This document shows positions 25,792-35,265 of a stretch of 64,000 nucleotides of DNA, piece by piece. The stretch comes from a virus (lineage: Duplodnaviria; Caudoviricetes), in the IMG/VR virus record IMGVR_UViG_3300030420_000007, positions 358-64,357 of that record; one strand, 5' to 3'. The first letter of the stretch is position 1, and every line of letters starts with the position of its first letter. The position numbers and the translations under genes were made by a program. The notes beneath the pieces were generated by a model. That model saw nothing but the letters and a program-made list of their open reading frames with translations, was not told the DNA's origin and made no database searches.

Positions 25792-26355
25792 ATGATGATG
25801 AATGAAAAATTGACGGCCGTGGCTAGCGCTACTGCCTCCATTGGCATCGGCGCTGGCTTGGACGAACGAGCAGAGGCGCACGGCGTCTACGCGGTCACGT
25901 GCACCGGCATCGACGGCAAGGTCAAGTGGACCGACACGATCGACAACCTCGTGACCACGGTCGGCAAGAACGACGCACTGGACAAGTACCTCGCCGGCTC
26001 TGCCTACACCGCCGCATGGTATCTCGGTCTGATCGGCGCGACCAGCTACACCACTGGCCCGGCCGTTGGTGACACGATGGCCACGCACGGGGGCTGGGTC
26101 GAGGATCAGCAATACACCCAGGGCACCCGTCCGGCTGCAACCTTCGCTGCGGCCAGTGGTGGTAGCAAAGCCACCAGCGCTGCATCGGCCTTCTCCATCA
26201 ACGCCACGACCACCATCAAGGGCTGTTTCCTCACCTCGGTCAGCACCAAGGGTGGCACCACGGGCATCCTTTACTCCGCCGGCACCTTCACCGGTGGCGA
26301 CAAGATCCTGGGATCCGGCGATACCCTCAACGTCAGCTACACAGCATCGCTGTAA
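25792..26355 (+). CDS. Virion fibre/decoration subunit (beta-rich)
   Basis: NLVTTVGKN, WYLGL, Y..R...F.AA, GCFL, LYSAG.F, GDTLNVSY; Gly/Thr/Ala-rich. Confidence 0.65.
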   Translation: MMMNEKLTAVASATASIGIGAGLDERAEAHGVYAVTCTGIDGKVKWTDTIDNLVTTVGKNDALDKYLAGSAYTAAWYLGLIGATSYTTGPAVGDTMATHGGWVEDQQYTQGTRPAATFAAASGGSKATSAASAFSINATTTIKGCFLTSVSTKGGTTGILYSAGTFTGGDKILGSGDTLNVSYTASL

Positions 26356-26366
26356 GGAGAACGACC

Positions 26367-26552
26367 ATGCTGAAAAAAGATACTCCCGTGACCATCAAGC
26401 ACACGACCCTCACCGGCGTCGTGCTGCGCCCCGTGGTTGTGCAAGACGAAGTCCAGTACCTCGTCGAGTACAAGGACAACGAGGGTGAGACCCAGCAGCG
26501 CGTCTTCACTGATGCGCAGATCGAGGCCATCCCCCCGAAGACGGAGGAGTAA
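26367..26552 (+). CDS. Small SH3/KOW-like protein
   Basis: RBS AAGGAG; 61 aa all-beta pattern. Confidence 0.65.
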   Translation: MLKKDTPVTIKHTTLTGVVLRPVVVQDEVQYLVEYKDNEGETQQRVFTDAQIEAIPPKTEE

Positions 26553-26555
26553 TCC

Positions 26556-27191
26556 ATGTCCTTAGCCAACGACTCGATCACCGTCACGCCAGGCGCTGGG
26601 GCGACCGTGGCGACGCAGCTTGCGGGCGGGAAAGAGCATCAGGTGATGATGCAGGCAGACGTGTCGGGCCACATCATCGGGTCGTTGCCTGTCTACACCT
26701 ACAACATCGCCTCGCAGGTCCACGTCGCCGCAGCGAACACGATCCACTGGGATTTGTTCAACGCGGATGCCGCGCTGATCGTCCGGGTCAAGTCCATCCG
26801 GCAGATACCGGACATCGTGACGGCGGTGACGGGCATCGCGTTCGCGTGGCAGTTGCAGCGCACCACGGCAGTTGGCACGGGCGGCTCGGCACAGACCGCC
26901 GCGCTTCGTGACCTCAGCCAGACAGCGCTCGACGCCGACATCACGTGCCGCAGCAAGCCAGCCGGTGGTGCGACCGCAGGCGTCACGCTCCGCAACTATC
27001 AGATCAACAGCGAAGAGACAAACGCTGGCACGATCATCCTCGCCTCCCTCGGCGGGTTAGAGCTTCTGTCGGACTCACAGAAGGCTGCCGGTGGAATCAT
27101 TCTCCGACAGAATCAGGGTCTGCGGTGCATTCAGGTAACGAATAGCGCCGCAGGCAATACAGGTTGGCTCATTGACTTTGAAGTGGAGTAA
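26556..27191 (+). CDS. Putative virion beta-sandwich protein
   Basis: 211 aa, RBS GGAGGAG, jelly-roll-like composition. Confidence 0.65.
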   Translation: MSLANDSITVTPGAGATVATQLAGGKEHQVMMQADVSGHIIGSLPVYTYNIASQVHVAAANTIHWDLFNADAALIVRVKSIRQIPDIVTAVTGIAFAWQLQRTTAVGTGGSAQTAALRDLSQTALDADITCRSKPAGGATAGVTLRNYQINSEETNAGTIILASLGGLELLSDSQKAAGGIILRQNQGLRCIQVTNSAAGNTGWLIDFEVE

Positions 27192-27194
27192 ATC

Positions 27195-27608
27195 ATGAAA
27201 TCCTTTTCCCGCGCTTTCGTTCTTTTGTTCGCCTCGCTGCTGCTGAGTGCTTCGGCACTGGCCAGCGACTTCCGTCTGTGGACCGGCAATGACAAGGTCA
27301 ACCCGGCGATCAACACCGTGCTGGTTACCAGCGGCTCGATCAACGAGCAAACACCCAACGGGGCCATCCTCCGAATCAAGATCGTCATTTCCTCGACGGC
27401 CACTGCGGGCTTTCAGCTTCAGCTACGCGATGCATCGCAGGTCGTGGTCTGGTCGCTGAAGTACGGCGTCGCGGCGAACAACCCGAGTGATCTGCTGGAC
27501 TTCGAGATCGACGTGCCCAACAATCATTCGCTCAACGTGGTCAACTCGGCGGCCATCACCGGCACCGTTCACGCTCACATCCTTGCCCGCGTGACGCAGG
27601 GCTACTAA
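27195..27608 (+). CDS. Beta-sandwich protein with Sec-type signal peptide
   Basis: MKSFSRAFVLLFASLLLSASALA|S leader. Confidence 0.7.
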   Translation: MKSFSRAFVLLFASLLLSASALASDFRLWTGNDKVNPAINTVLVTSGSINEQTPNGAILRIKIVISSTATAGFQLQLRDASQVVVWSLKYGVAANNPSDLLDFEIDVPNNHSLNVVNSAAITGTVHAHILARVTQGY

Positions 27609-27632
27609 CTGCTCCAGAGGGCTGGGTAAGCT

Positions 27633-29066
27633 ATGTCATTGATTCTGCTATTCCTGCCCTCTGGGTCAGCCCCCCAGTCTGCTGATGTCACGGAAGCGGC
27701 AACCGCGGGAGACTCAAGCAGTGTCGTCGTCATCCGGGCTGCGGCCTCTACCGAGCCAGCAACTGCCGCTGATTCATCGTCAGCCATCATGTCGTCGGCT
27801 CGCAGCGCCACAGAGGCCGCGACTGCATCCGACCTGCAAACGGCTATTGCCACTACGTCGGCCAGCATCAGCGAGACCGCGACTGCGTCCGAGACGCAGG
27901 CAGGGGGTGTGCTGCAGAGCGCAAGCACTTCTGAGCCAGCCACCGCCAGTGAGGCGCAGACCGGGCTACGTACCACGAGTGCGAGCACGACAGAGCCCAG
28001 TACCGCGCAGGATCAGCCCAGCGCCATTGCCACCCGAGGTGCAGGCGTAACCGAAGCGGCCACCGCTGTCGAAGCATCGACTGCCCAGGCTCTTGCGGTT
28101 GCGAGCGCCACGGAGACAGCATCAGCCTCTGAGACCTCTACCGGGCTCAAGACGACCGCATCAGCGGCATCCGAGGCTGCGACCGCGGTCTCCGCGGAGA
28201 GTGCCGTCATGCTGGCAGGAGCCCAGGTCACGGAAGCAGCAACGGCATCCGAAACCCAGGATGGGGCATCATCAGGAGGGGCACAGACAGCTAGCCAGGC
28301 AGAAGCGGCTAGCGCGACTGAATCACCATCCGCAAGCATGGTGGTCGGGGCTGGGTTGGTTGAAGCTGGGAGCGCCGGGGACTCATCATCCGCAATCAAG
28401 GTGCTTGCGGCGGGCACCACTGAGGTGGCCACCAGTTCTGATTCAGCAAGCGCTGGTACGGTGGCCCTGGGTTTAAGGGTTGAGTCGGTTACGGCAATCG
28501 ATTCAGCCAGTGCTGCGACCTTGGCCCTGGCGTCGAGAGTTGAGCCTGCTGTGGCCACCGATTCAGTCACAGCCGTGGCCTCGACCTCAGCATCAAGGGT
28601 TGAGGCTGCTACGGCGACCGATTCAGTGAGCGGTGGGCTTTTGGTCCCAGTTGCTAGCGTTGAGCCTGCTACGGCGACTGACCAGTCCAATGGGATCAGA
28701 GAAGTTGGTGTCGGCGTCATCGTTGAGACCGCCAACGCCACAGAGGCTAGTTCGAGCCTGGGGAGCACGCTCTTCGTCAATGTGCATGAGGTTGCTAACG
28801 CCACTGATGTAGTCAGCGTGACTTGGACGACCCTGGCTATTCAGCTTGAGCAGGCCAACGCTACGGATTCGGTGCGGTTCATGGGACCCGAGGTCATCTT
28901 CGCAACCCTGACCAACGCGAAGCGGTACTGGGTCATATCGAATCCCGAGGTGGCCGAACTTGACGTCATCCCTGATCAACGGTCTTTCACCCTTGTGGGT
29001 TCCAAGAAGGATCTGACCATCGCTCAAGCTGCGCGGTGTTGGACGATTACAGATATTGAAAGGTAA
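27633..29066 (+). CDS. Ala/Ser/Thr-rich repeat ('rope') protein, about 20 repeats of about 20 aa
   Basis: Recurrent [TSV]ExA[TS]A[STG][DE] every ~20 residues (VTEAATAGDS, STEPATAADS, ATEAATASDL...). Confidence 0.8.
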   Translation: MSLILLFLPSGSAPQSADVTEAATAGDSSSVVVIRAAASTEPATAADSSSAIMSSARSATEAATASDLQTAIATTSASISETATASETQAGGVLQSASTSEPATASEAQTGLRTTSASTTEPSTAQDQPSAIATRGAGVTEAATAVEASTAQALAVASATETASASETSTGLKTTASAASEAATAVSAESAVMLAGAQVTEAATASETQDGASSGGAQTASQAEAASATESPSASMVVGAGLVEAGSAGDSSSAIKVLAAGTTEVATSSDSASAGTVALGLRVESVTAIDSASAATLALASRVEPAVATDSVTAVASTSASRVEAATATDSVSGGLLVPVASVEPATATDQSNGIREVGVGVIVETANATEASSSLGSTLFVNVHEVANATDVVSVTWTTLAIQLEQANATDSVRFMGPEVIFATLTNAKRYWVISNPEVAELDVIPDQRSFTLVGSKKDLTIAQAARCWTITDIER

Positions 29067-29069
29067 ACA

Positions 29070-29372
29070 ATGCCAACTCAGATCGGACCCAAGGACATAG
29101 CGGAGAGTCGACTTGTCCGCTTCGACTTCACGAAAGAGCTGGGCACTGGTGAGAACATACTCAGCGCCACCGTCACCGCTGCTGTGGTCTCGGGTAATGA
29201 TTCGTCACCCGCTGCGATCCTCAGCGGGGCACCAGTCATCAGTTCACCATCGGTCACGCAAAGGATCATTGGTGGTCTGAGCAATGTCAGTTACCACCTG
29301 CGATGCGTTGCGGTGACTGACTCAGACAATACCATCACGGTGGCCGGCACCTTGCCGGTGGTCACGCTTTAA
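29070..29372 (+). CDS. Ig-like fibre adaptor-type protein
   Basis: GPKDIAESRLVRFDF..EL..GE.I.SATV...Y.L.C...T. Confidence 0.65.
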   Translation: MPTQIGPKDIAESRLVRFDFTKELGTGENILSATVTAAVVSGNDSSPAAILSGAPVISSPSVTQRIIGGLSNVSYHLRCVAVTDSDNTITVAGTLPVVTL

Positions 29373-29387
29373 GAAAAGGAATCAGAA

Positions 29388-29801
29388 ATGAACCCCTACC
29401 GCCCCACGGCTCCCTCTCCCATCCTTCAGGAGCTGCTCAACCTCGGCGTTCTCCGGGCTGACAGTGAGAACAAACAGATTCTGCTGCCCAGCGGGGTGAC
29501 GATGGGCAAGCCCAAGGCCGTGGTGAACAATCAGGCCTCCGCGAGCTACACGATCCCCGAAAGCACCGACTACGTCGGCTTCACTGGGACGCAGCAAGCA
29601 TCCTTGACGATCAACTTCCCTGCGGCCTCGGCTGGAAATGATGGCCGGGTGATCGTGATCTACACGCAGGCCGCGGTGGGCACTGCCCTCACCCTGGCTT
29701 CGGCCGGGGCCACCTTCAACAACGCCCCGGCAACCCTGACCGCGGGGCAGGTGATCCGTTACATCTACGATCATGCCACGCTAAAGTGGCTCCCGACTTA
29801 A
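29388..29801 (+). CDS. Putative head fibre/decoration protein
   Basis: LTINFPAAS...DGRVIVI...LTAGQVIRYIYD...W beta domain. Confidence 0.6.
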   Translation: MNPYRPTAPSPILQELLNLGVLRADSENKQILLPSGVTMGKPKAVVNNQASASYTIPESTDYVGFTGTQQASLTINFPAASAGNDGRVIVIYTQAAVGTALTLASAGATFNNAPATLTAGQVIRYIYDHATLKWLPT

Positions 29802-29828
29802 CAACCACGATTTTGGAAGGAGAAGGCA

Positions 29829-31445
29829 ATGACTCAATTGCGGAAGAAGCTGATCCGTTCGGCCACCAATGACCGGGGTCCCCCCACCCACGACAAAGCA
29901 GCCTTGGTTGCTGATGGCATCTACGTGGCTGAGGAGATCGGCCCCAACATGAAGAAGCTGCCGAACGGCAACTTGCTTTGCCTCAACGTTCCGATTGCTC
30001 GGATTGGTTGGATGATGTACGGCCCCAACGAGACGCCCATTGAAGTTGGGACCGAGGGGGTTGCCTACGTCGAGCGTCGTGAAGAGGACCTCTTCAATGA
30101 CGTGACCATCGGGTCGATCAAGGGTGCGGCAGTCACTGACGAGCATCCTGACGATGACGTGACCCCGACCAACTGGAAGGTCCTGAGCCGGGGCTTCGCC
30201 ACCACCAACATCCGCAGGGGTGAGGGTGACGAGGCTGAGGTCTTGCTTGGTGATCTGATCATCACTGAGGCCCAGCTGATTGAGCAGGTCCTCGGGGGCA
30301 AACGGCAGGTCAGCCTCGGTTACGACGCTGATTACCAAGAAATTGCTCCGGGCGTTGGTCGTCAGACCAACATCCTTTGCAACCATATCGCGCTGGTCGG
30401 AAAAGGTCGCTGTGGCCCGCGCTGTGCAATTGGCGACAGCGACTATCAACCCCTCACGGGAAAGGAAGATGAAATGACGACGAAACGCGTGAAGATCAAC
30501 ACGGGGGGTGGCCCGCGTCGCGTCCCGCTTGCTGCGCAGATTGCCTCTGCACGCCAGCGTGTGACCGATGCTGAGTCCGAACTCGAAGCTCTGGAGTCCG
30601 GCAAATCTACCGACGAGCTGGAAGAAGGCGGCGAGGGTGGTGCCACTCACATCCACCTGCACGTTGACACCGGCAAATCCCACGCCGGCAATGTGATGAC
30701 GGGTGACGAGAAAGATCCCGACCCCAACCTGGAGGAGCCCGATCCCAATCCGGATGCCGGGACCAAGACCCTCGACGACGAGACCGAGGCCCGGTTCCAG
30801 AGCCTCGAAGCTGGCCACGCTGCCATCATGGACGACTTGAAAGGCATCAAGGATGTCCTGTCCAAGTTGGCTGGTGGTACCGGTGACGCCGATCCCGACG
30901 AGGAAGAGGAAGAGAAGAAGACCGACGACGCGGACCCCGACGAAGAGAACAAGGACGGCGAGATGCCCGATCAGTTCAAGAAGGGCAAGACCGGCGACTC
31001 CGCCTCCAAGGGCCAGGACAGCCGTGCGCTGGAAAACTCGTACCAGAACGTCCTGGCTCAGGCCGAACTCCTGGTCCCTGGCTTCCGCATGCCCACCTTC
31101 GATGCCGCCATGTCGCGCGCCAAGACCATCGACCGCATGTGCAATGCGCGCCGCTCTGCTCTGACGGCCTGCTACGCAACGTCCGATGGTGCCACGCTGA
31201 TCTCGACCGTGACCGGCAAGAAGGACCTCGATCTGATGGGCATGACCTGCCCTGACGTGGCCTCGGTCTTCAAGGCCGCTGCCGGCGCGAAGGCTCTTCT
31301 CAACAACGCCGCTCAGACCCGTGACAGTTCCGGGCTCCCCAGCGGTGGCAAGCGGGTTGGTGGCGAGCAAGGTGGTATCACCACGCTTGCCGACATGAAC
31401 CTGGCCAACCAGAAGTATTGGGAGGAGCAGTCGAAGAAAGTCTGA
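29829..31445 (+). CDS. Prohead protease-scaffold (DUF2213-like)
   Basis: NGNLLC.NVPIARIG, VTDEHP, SLGYDA.Y, NHIALV..GRCG..CAIGD; long acidic scaffold region. Confidence 0.9.
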   Translation: MTQLRKKLIRSATNDRGPPTHDKAALVADGIYVAEEIGPNMKKLPNGNLLCLNVPIARIGWMMYGPNETPIEVGTEGVAYVERREEDLFNDVTIGSIKGAAVTDEHPDDDVTPTNWKVLSRGFATTNIRRGEGDEAEVLLGDLIITEAQLIEQVLGGKRQVSLGYDADYQEIAPGVGRQTNILCNHIALVGKGRCGPRCAIGDSDYQPLTGKEDEMTTKRVKINTGGGPRRVPLAAQIASARQRVTDAESELEALESGKSTDELEEGGEGGATHIHLHVDTGKSHAGNVMTGDEKDPDPNLEEPDPNPDAGTKTLDDETEARFQSLEAGHAAIMDDLKGIKDVLSKLAGGTGDADPDEEEEEKKTDDADPDEENKDGEMPDQFKKGKTGDSASKGQDSRALENSYQNVLAQAELLVPGFRMPTFDAAMSRAKTIDRMCNARRSALTACYATSDGATLISTVTGKKDLDLMGMTCPDVASVFKAAAGAKALLNNAAQTRDSSGLPSGGKRVGGEQGGITTLADMNLANQKYWEEQSKKV

Positions 31446-31502
31446 TCCACCAACCCTCTCCAAGAACCCATTCCTCAATTTCCCTTAACAAGGAATCTCG
31501 AA

Positions 31503-32117
31503 ATGAAATCGACCTTCAAACTGCAACCCCTGGCGGCTGCGGCTCTTGCCAGCATCGCTCCCATCACGCGCGCACGCACGCGTGATGTGGCCTTCACCTA
31601 CCGCATGGGCGCCGGCTTCCCTGGCGATGTCAACCGGACTCATCCGGCCAGCATCGTTCCGGGCCTGCAGGACACCAACGATCCGGTTCGCCTGTACGGG
31701 GACCCGGTGCTGTTCGATGCCACCGACAACACCTACCGTGGCTTCACCACGGCCGACACCGGTGACGCCCAGCTGATCGCCGGGGTTCTGGTGCGCCCGT
31801 ATCCCACCCAGCAGCAGTCCGGCGGCATGTCGGCGACCCTGGGTGCCGCGGTCCCTCCGACCTCCGGTGTCATCGATGTGCTGGACGATGGCTTTGTCAT
31901 CGTCAAGTGCAACAACTTCGGCGCCAACCCGCCGAAGAAGGGTGGTGACGTCTGGGTGTGGGTGGTGGCCTCGACTGGCAATCACGTCATCGGTGGCTTC
32001 GAGGCTGCTGAAGACGCCACGCCGGCCAACACCAGCAAGGTCCTCAACGCACAGTGGGTGAGCCCGCCTGACGCGGCCGGCATCGCCGAGATGCGCGTGT
32101 GGCCGGGCAATGCCTGA
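31503..32117 (+). CDS. Head decoration / minor capsid protein
   Basis: FTYRMGAGFPGDVNR, GVLVRPYP; position between protease and MCP. Confidence 0.8.
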   Translation: MKSTFKLQPLAAAALASIAPITRARTRDVAFTYRMGAGFPGDVNRTHPASIVPGLQDTNDPVRLYGDPVLFDATDNTYRGFTTADTGDAQLIAGVLVRPYPTQQQSGGMSATLGAAVPPTSGVIDVLDDGFVIVKCNNFGANPPKKGGDVWVWVVASTGNHVIGGFEAAEDATPANTSKVLNAQWVSPPDAAGIAEMRVWPGNA

Positions 32118-32160
32118 TCCCAGGTAACCACAACAACCCGATCATCAACCTGAGTTAGGA

Positions 32161-33306
32161 ATGACCAACATGAAACGCATCCTCTCGGCCTTCCCGGCCA
32201 TCATCCGCGCGCGTACGCTGGATCACCAGACGTTCGACTCGATCTCCACCGGTCAGCAGGCGATCAACGCCATCGGTGACCAGCGGGGCAAGACGCTCGA
32301 TCACGCGTACAAGACCTACGACGGCAAGCGCACCGTCGACTCCACCGGCGCCTTCCTGGTCGGTGAACTGGAACGTCTCGACCAGACCCTGCACATGCCC
32401 CTGGCCGCGGTGACCTGGTCCCGCGACATCGACCTGCGCGAAGACGTGACCATTGCTGACGAGGCCTCCAGCTTCACGCTGACGACCTTCGGCAGCGCCA
32501 GCAACCTGGGCGCGGGCCAAGGCATCCGCAATGGCAAGGCCTGGATTGGCAAGGCGACCGATCAGATCGGTGGCGTCGGCGTGGATACGGGCAAGTACCC
32601 GCAGCCCCTGACCCCGTGGGGCCTGGAGATCAAGTACTCCATCCTCGAACTGGAATCGGCCGCCAAGATGGGCCGCCCCATCGATGCCCAGAAGTACGAA
32701 GCCCTCAAGCTGAAGCACCAGATGGACACCGACGAGCAGGTGTACGTGGGTGATGCCAACATCGGTGTGACCGGCTTGGTCAACAACGTGCTGGTGACCA
32801 ACGTCTCGAACCTGCCGAACGGTGCTGCGGCCTCTCCCCTGTGGGCCAACAAGACACCGGCGGAAATCCTGGCCGATGTCAACGCCATCCTGCAGAGCTC
32901 GTGGACTGCCTCCGGTTACGCTGTGATGCCCACCCATATCCTGATTCCGCCGAAGCAATTCGGTGCGATCAGCACCCAGGTGGTGTCCACGGCTGGCTCG
33001 GTCTCGATCCTGAAGTACCTGCTGGAGAACAACATCGTGACGGCTTCGGGCAATGGTCGGATCGTCATTCAGCCGGCCAAGTGGAATGTGGGTGCTGGCT
33101 CTGGCGGCACGATCGGCACCGAGGGCACGGTGGATCGCATGGTGGCCTATTCGAAGAAGAAGGAGTACGTCCGCTTCCCGATGACCATGCTGCAGCGCAC
33201 CCCGATCCAGTACGACTCGATCTACCACAAGTCGACCTACTACTGCCGCATGGGCGTGGTCGAGGTGGTGTATCCCGAGACCGTGGCCTACCGCGACGGC
33301 CTGTAA
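32161..33306 (+). CDS. Major capsid protein (DUF2184-like, HK97 fold)
   Basis: GAFLVGELERLDQTL..PL..VTW.RDI.LR, GL.NN, P.TML.RTP.Q. Confidence 0.92.
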   Translation: MTNMKRILSAFPAIIRARTLDHQTFDSISTGQQAINAIGDQRGKTLDHAYKTYDGKRTVDSTGAFLVGELERLDQTLHMPLAAVTWSRDIDLREDVTIADEASSFTLTTFGSASNLGAGQGIRNGKAWIGKATDQIGGVGVDTGKYPQPLTPWGLEIKYSILELESAAKMGRPIDAQKYEALKLKHQMDTDEQVYVGDANIGVTGLVNNVLVTNVSNLPNGAAASPLWANKTPAEILADVNAILQSSWTASGYAVMPTHILIPPKQFGAISTQVVSTAGSVSILKYLLENNIVTASGNGRIVIQPAKWNVGAGSGGTIGTEGTVDRMVAYSKKKEYVRFPMTMLQRTPIQYDSIYHKSTYYCRMGVVEVVYPETVAYRDGL

Positions 33307-33335
33307 TCACGGGCTGAAGCATTTCGCAAGCAAAC

Positions 33336-33372
33336 AGGGAGGCCTTACGGGGCCTCCCTTTTCTTTCTTTTT
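33336..33372 (+). terminator. Rho-independent terminator after MCP
   Basis: AGGGAGGCC-TTACGG-GGCCTCCCT then TTTTCTTTCTTTTT. Confidence 0.85.
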
Positions 33373-33386
33373 TAGGAGCGCATGAC

Positions 33387-33746
33387 ATGGCAACCAACAA
33401 CGCCAAAGCCCAGACCGCGGGCAAAGCCGGCACGAACAAGCAAGGTGAGGATCCGCGCAAAGCGTCCACCACCAATGATGAAGCCAAGGCCACGGGCCTC
33501 GGTCGTCGTCAACTCCTCGCCAAGAACGAGGTTCCCACCCCCATGCTGGACAAGGCTCACCAGACCTCGCCCGGTGACTCCGACCTGGTGACCGCTGTGG
33601 TCCCCAAGGCCTTCCGCCTCACCTGCGATGACAACACGGTGATTGACTACGGCGTTGGCATCCAGGACATGCCCAAGTCTCACGCGACCCACTGGTTCAG
33701 CAAGGCCCAGGGTGTCCAGGTCAAGCACGACGCGGCCGAAGATTGA
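33387..33746 (+). CDS. Small head-associated protein
   Basis: VPKAFRL...YGVG.QDMP...ATHWF; position after MCP. Confidence 0.7.
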   Translation: MATNNAKAQTAGKAGTNKQGEDPRKASTTNDEAKATGLGRRQLLAKNEVPTPMLDKAHQTSPGDSDLVTAVVPKAFRLTCDDNTVIDYGVGIQDMPKSHATHWFSKAQGVQVKHDAAED

Positions 33747-33780
33747 ATCAGGGGCCGAGGCCTACTAGAAGGAGATTCTG

Positions 33781-34236
33781 ATGGCATTCACAGTAGCAGC
33801 TTTCCGGCAGGCCTTCCCCGCTTTTGCCAACGCAACCACGTATCCCGAGCCCCAGGTTCAGTTCTGGGCCGATCTGGCGGCGAAGCTCCAGAACTCGGAG
33901 CGCTGGGGCGATCTTTTCGACACAGGCGTTCAGCTCTTCGTGGCTCACCAGCTCGTGCTTGAATACCAGTCCAACAAGGCTGGCCCTCTGGGGCAGAAGC
34001 CGGGTCAGATCGAGGGCGCCGTTAACTCGGCCTCGGTTGACAAGGTCAGCTACGGGCGGGATGCTTCCTCTGTCATGGAGCTTGACGCCGGCCACTGGAA
34101 TCTCACGACCTACGGTCTCCGGTACATCAGGCTGCTCAAGATGCTTGGGGCTGGCCCCGTCCAGGTGGGCGTCCCCCTGGGTGGTGATTTGCCGGGCTGG
34201 TATCCCCAGGCCTGGCCAGGCCCCTACGTGAACTAG
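33781..34236 (+). CDS. Head-tail adaptor (DUF4054-like)
   Basis: FRQAFPAF...YP, LFVAHQL, SASVDKVSY, WNLTTYG. Confidence 0.85.
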   Translation: MAFTVAAFRQAFPAFANATTYPEPQVQFWADLAAKLQNSERWGDLFDTGVQLFVAHQLVLEYQSNKAGPLGQKPGQIEGAVNSASVDKVSYGRDASSVMELDAGHWNLTTYGLRYIRLLKMLGAGPVQVGVPLGGDLPGWYPQAWPGPYVN

Positions 34237-34244
34237 GAATTGCC

Positions 34245-34874
34245 ATGGGTATCTTCGGGGCAGGCGGCCCACCAAAACCGCGCAGGAGCTTCGATGGCAA
34301 GAACGGGGTCAAGATCATCAAGGGCGAAGAAAAACAGCTCCTGACCGCGTTAAACCAGCTTGCCGACGTCGAAGTGCTGGTCGGATTCCCTGAGAGTGGC
34401 GCCGGGCGTGATCCTGGCGTGGATGGGGAGGGTGGCGAGATCACAAACGCTGCCCTGGCTTACATCCATGACAACGGGGCTCCTGAGCAGAACATCCCGG
34501 CCCGCCCCTTCATGCTCCCGGGCATTGAGAGCGTGCAGAAGCAGCTTAACGCCAAGCTTAAGCAGGTGGGGGCGGCGGCCACTCGTGCTGGCTCCCCTTC
34601 CAACTTGGTTGAGGTGGGTCTGACCCAGGTTGGGCTAATTGCCCAGCTTGGCATCCAGCGCTACATCAACTCAGGGGTTGAACCACCCCTGAGTGACAGG
34701 ACCTTGCAAGCTAGAGCCAGGCGTCAGAGGGGCGGCAAGTCGGCTAAGGCCGAACTGGCCGCACGCAAGCGCGGCGAAGCCCCCAGCGCATCAGGAGCCA
34801 AGCCCTTGATTGACACCACACAGATGCGCGACGCAGTGACCTACGTCATCCGCTCGCGCAAGAGGAGAAAGTAA
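34245..34874 (+). CDS. Neck / tail completion protein
   Basis: VLVGFPE, ALAYIHDNG..NIPARPFM, KPLIDT.QMR. Confidence 0.8.
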   Translation: MGIFGAGGPPKPRRSFDGKNGVKIIKGEEKQLLTALNQLADVEVLVGFPESGAGRDPGVDGEGGEITNAALAYIHDNGAPEQNIPARPFMLPGIESVQKQLNAKLKQVGAAATRAGSPSNLVEVGLTQVGLIAQLGIQRYINSGVEPPLSDRTLQARARRQRGGKSAKAELAARKRGEAPSASGAKPLIDTTQMRDAVTYVIRSRKRRK

Positions 34875-35257
34875 TGCCGGATCTTGACGTCTCGTTTGTG
34901 ACCTGTGACCCCATGCTAGCGGACTCCTTCGATGTGATTCGGCGGACCGACCCGGTGGGGAGCAACGGTCGAACGATTCCAACAGCGGAGGAGTCCTTCC
35001 CCAGCTTGACCGGGGTGGTGACCCAACAGGATCCCGCTGATCTCATGCGTCGCGATGACGGGCAGATGGTTCCCCGCATGATCTTCGTGGCCAGCGTCTT
35101 CGCCTTTCGCAATGCCTCAGTTGGGTACCAACCCGATCAGATCGTGTGGAACGGGACGACCTACACGGTGAAGCAGGTCTACCCGTACTCGCGCTTCGGC
35201 CCCGGCATGTACGAGGCTGTGGCAGAGTCGATGAACGCAACTGACGCCCCTAGCTAG
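34874..35257 (+). CDS. Head closure protein
   Basis: Position and PD.I.W.G..Y.V pattern. Confidence 0.7.
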   Translation: MPDLDVSFVTCDPMLADSFDVIRRTDPVGSNGRTIPTAEESFPSLTGVVTQQDPADLMRRDDGQMVPRMIFVASVFAFRNASVGYQPDQIVWNGTTYTVKQVYPYSRFGPGMYEAVAESMNATDAPS

Positions 35258-35265
35258 GAGATCAG

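Noticed and set aside
27633-29066. ~60-bp periodicity as a CRISPR-like array or VNTR
   Set aside because: Repeats are conserved only at amino-acid level within one ORF; no constant DNA repeat with unique spacers; no cas genes.
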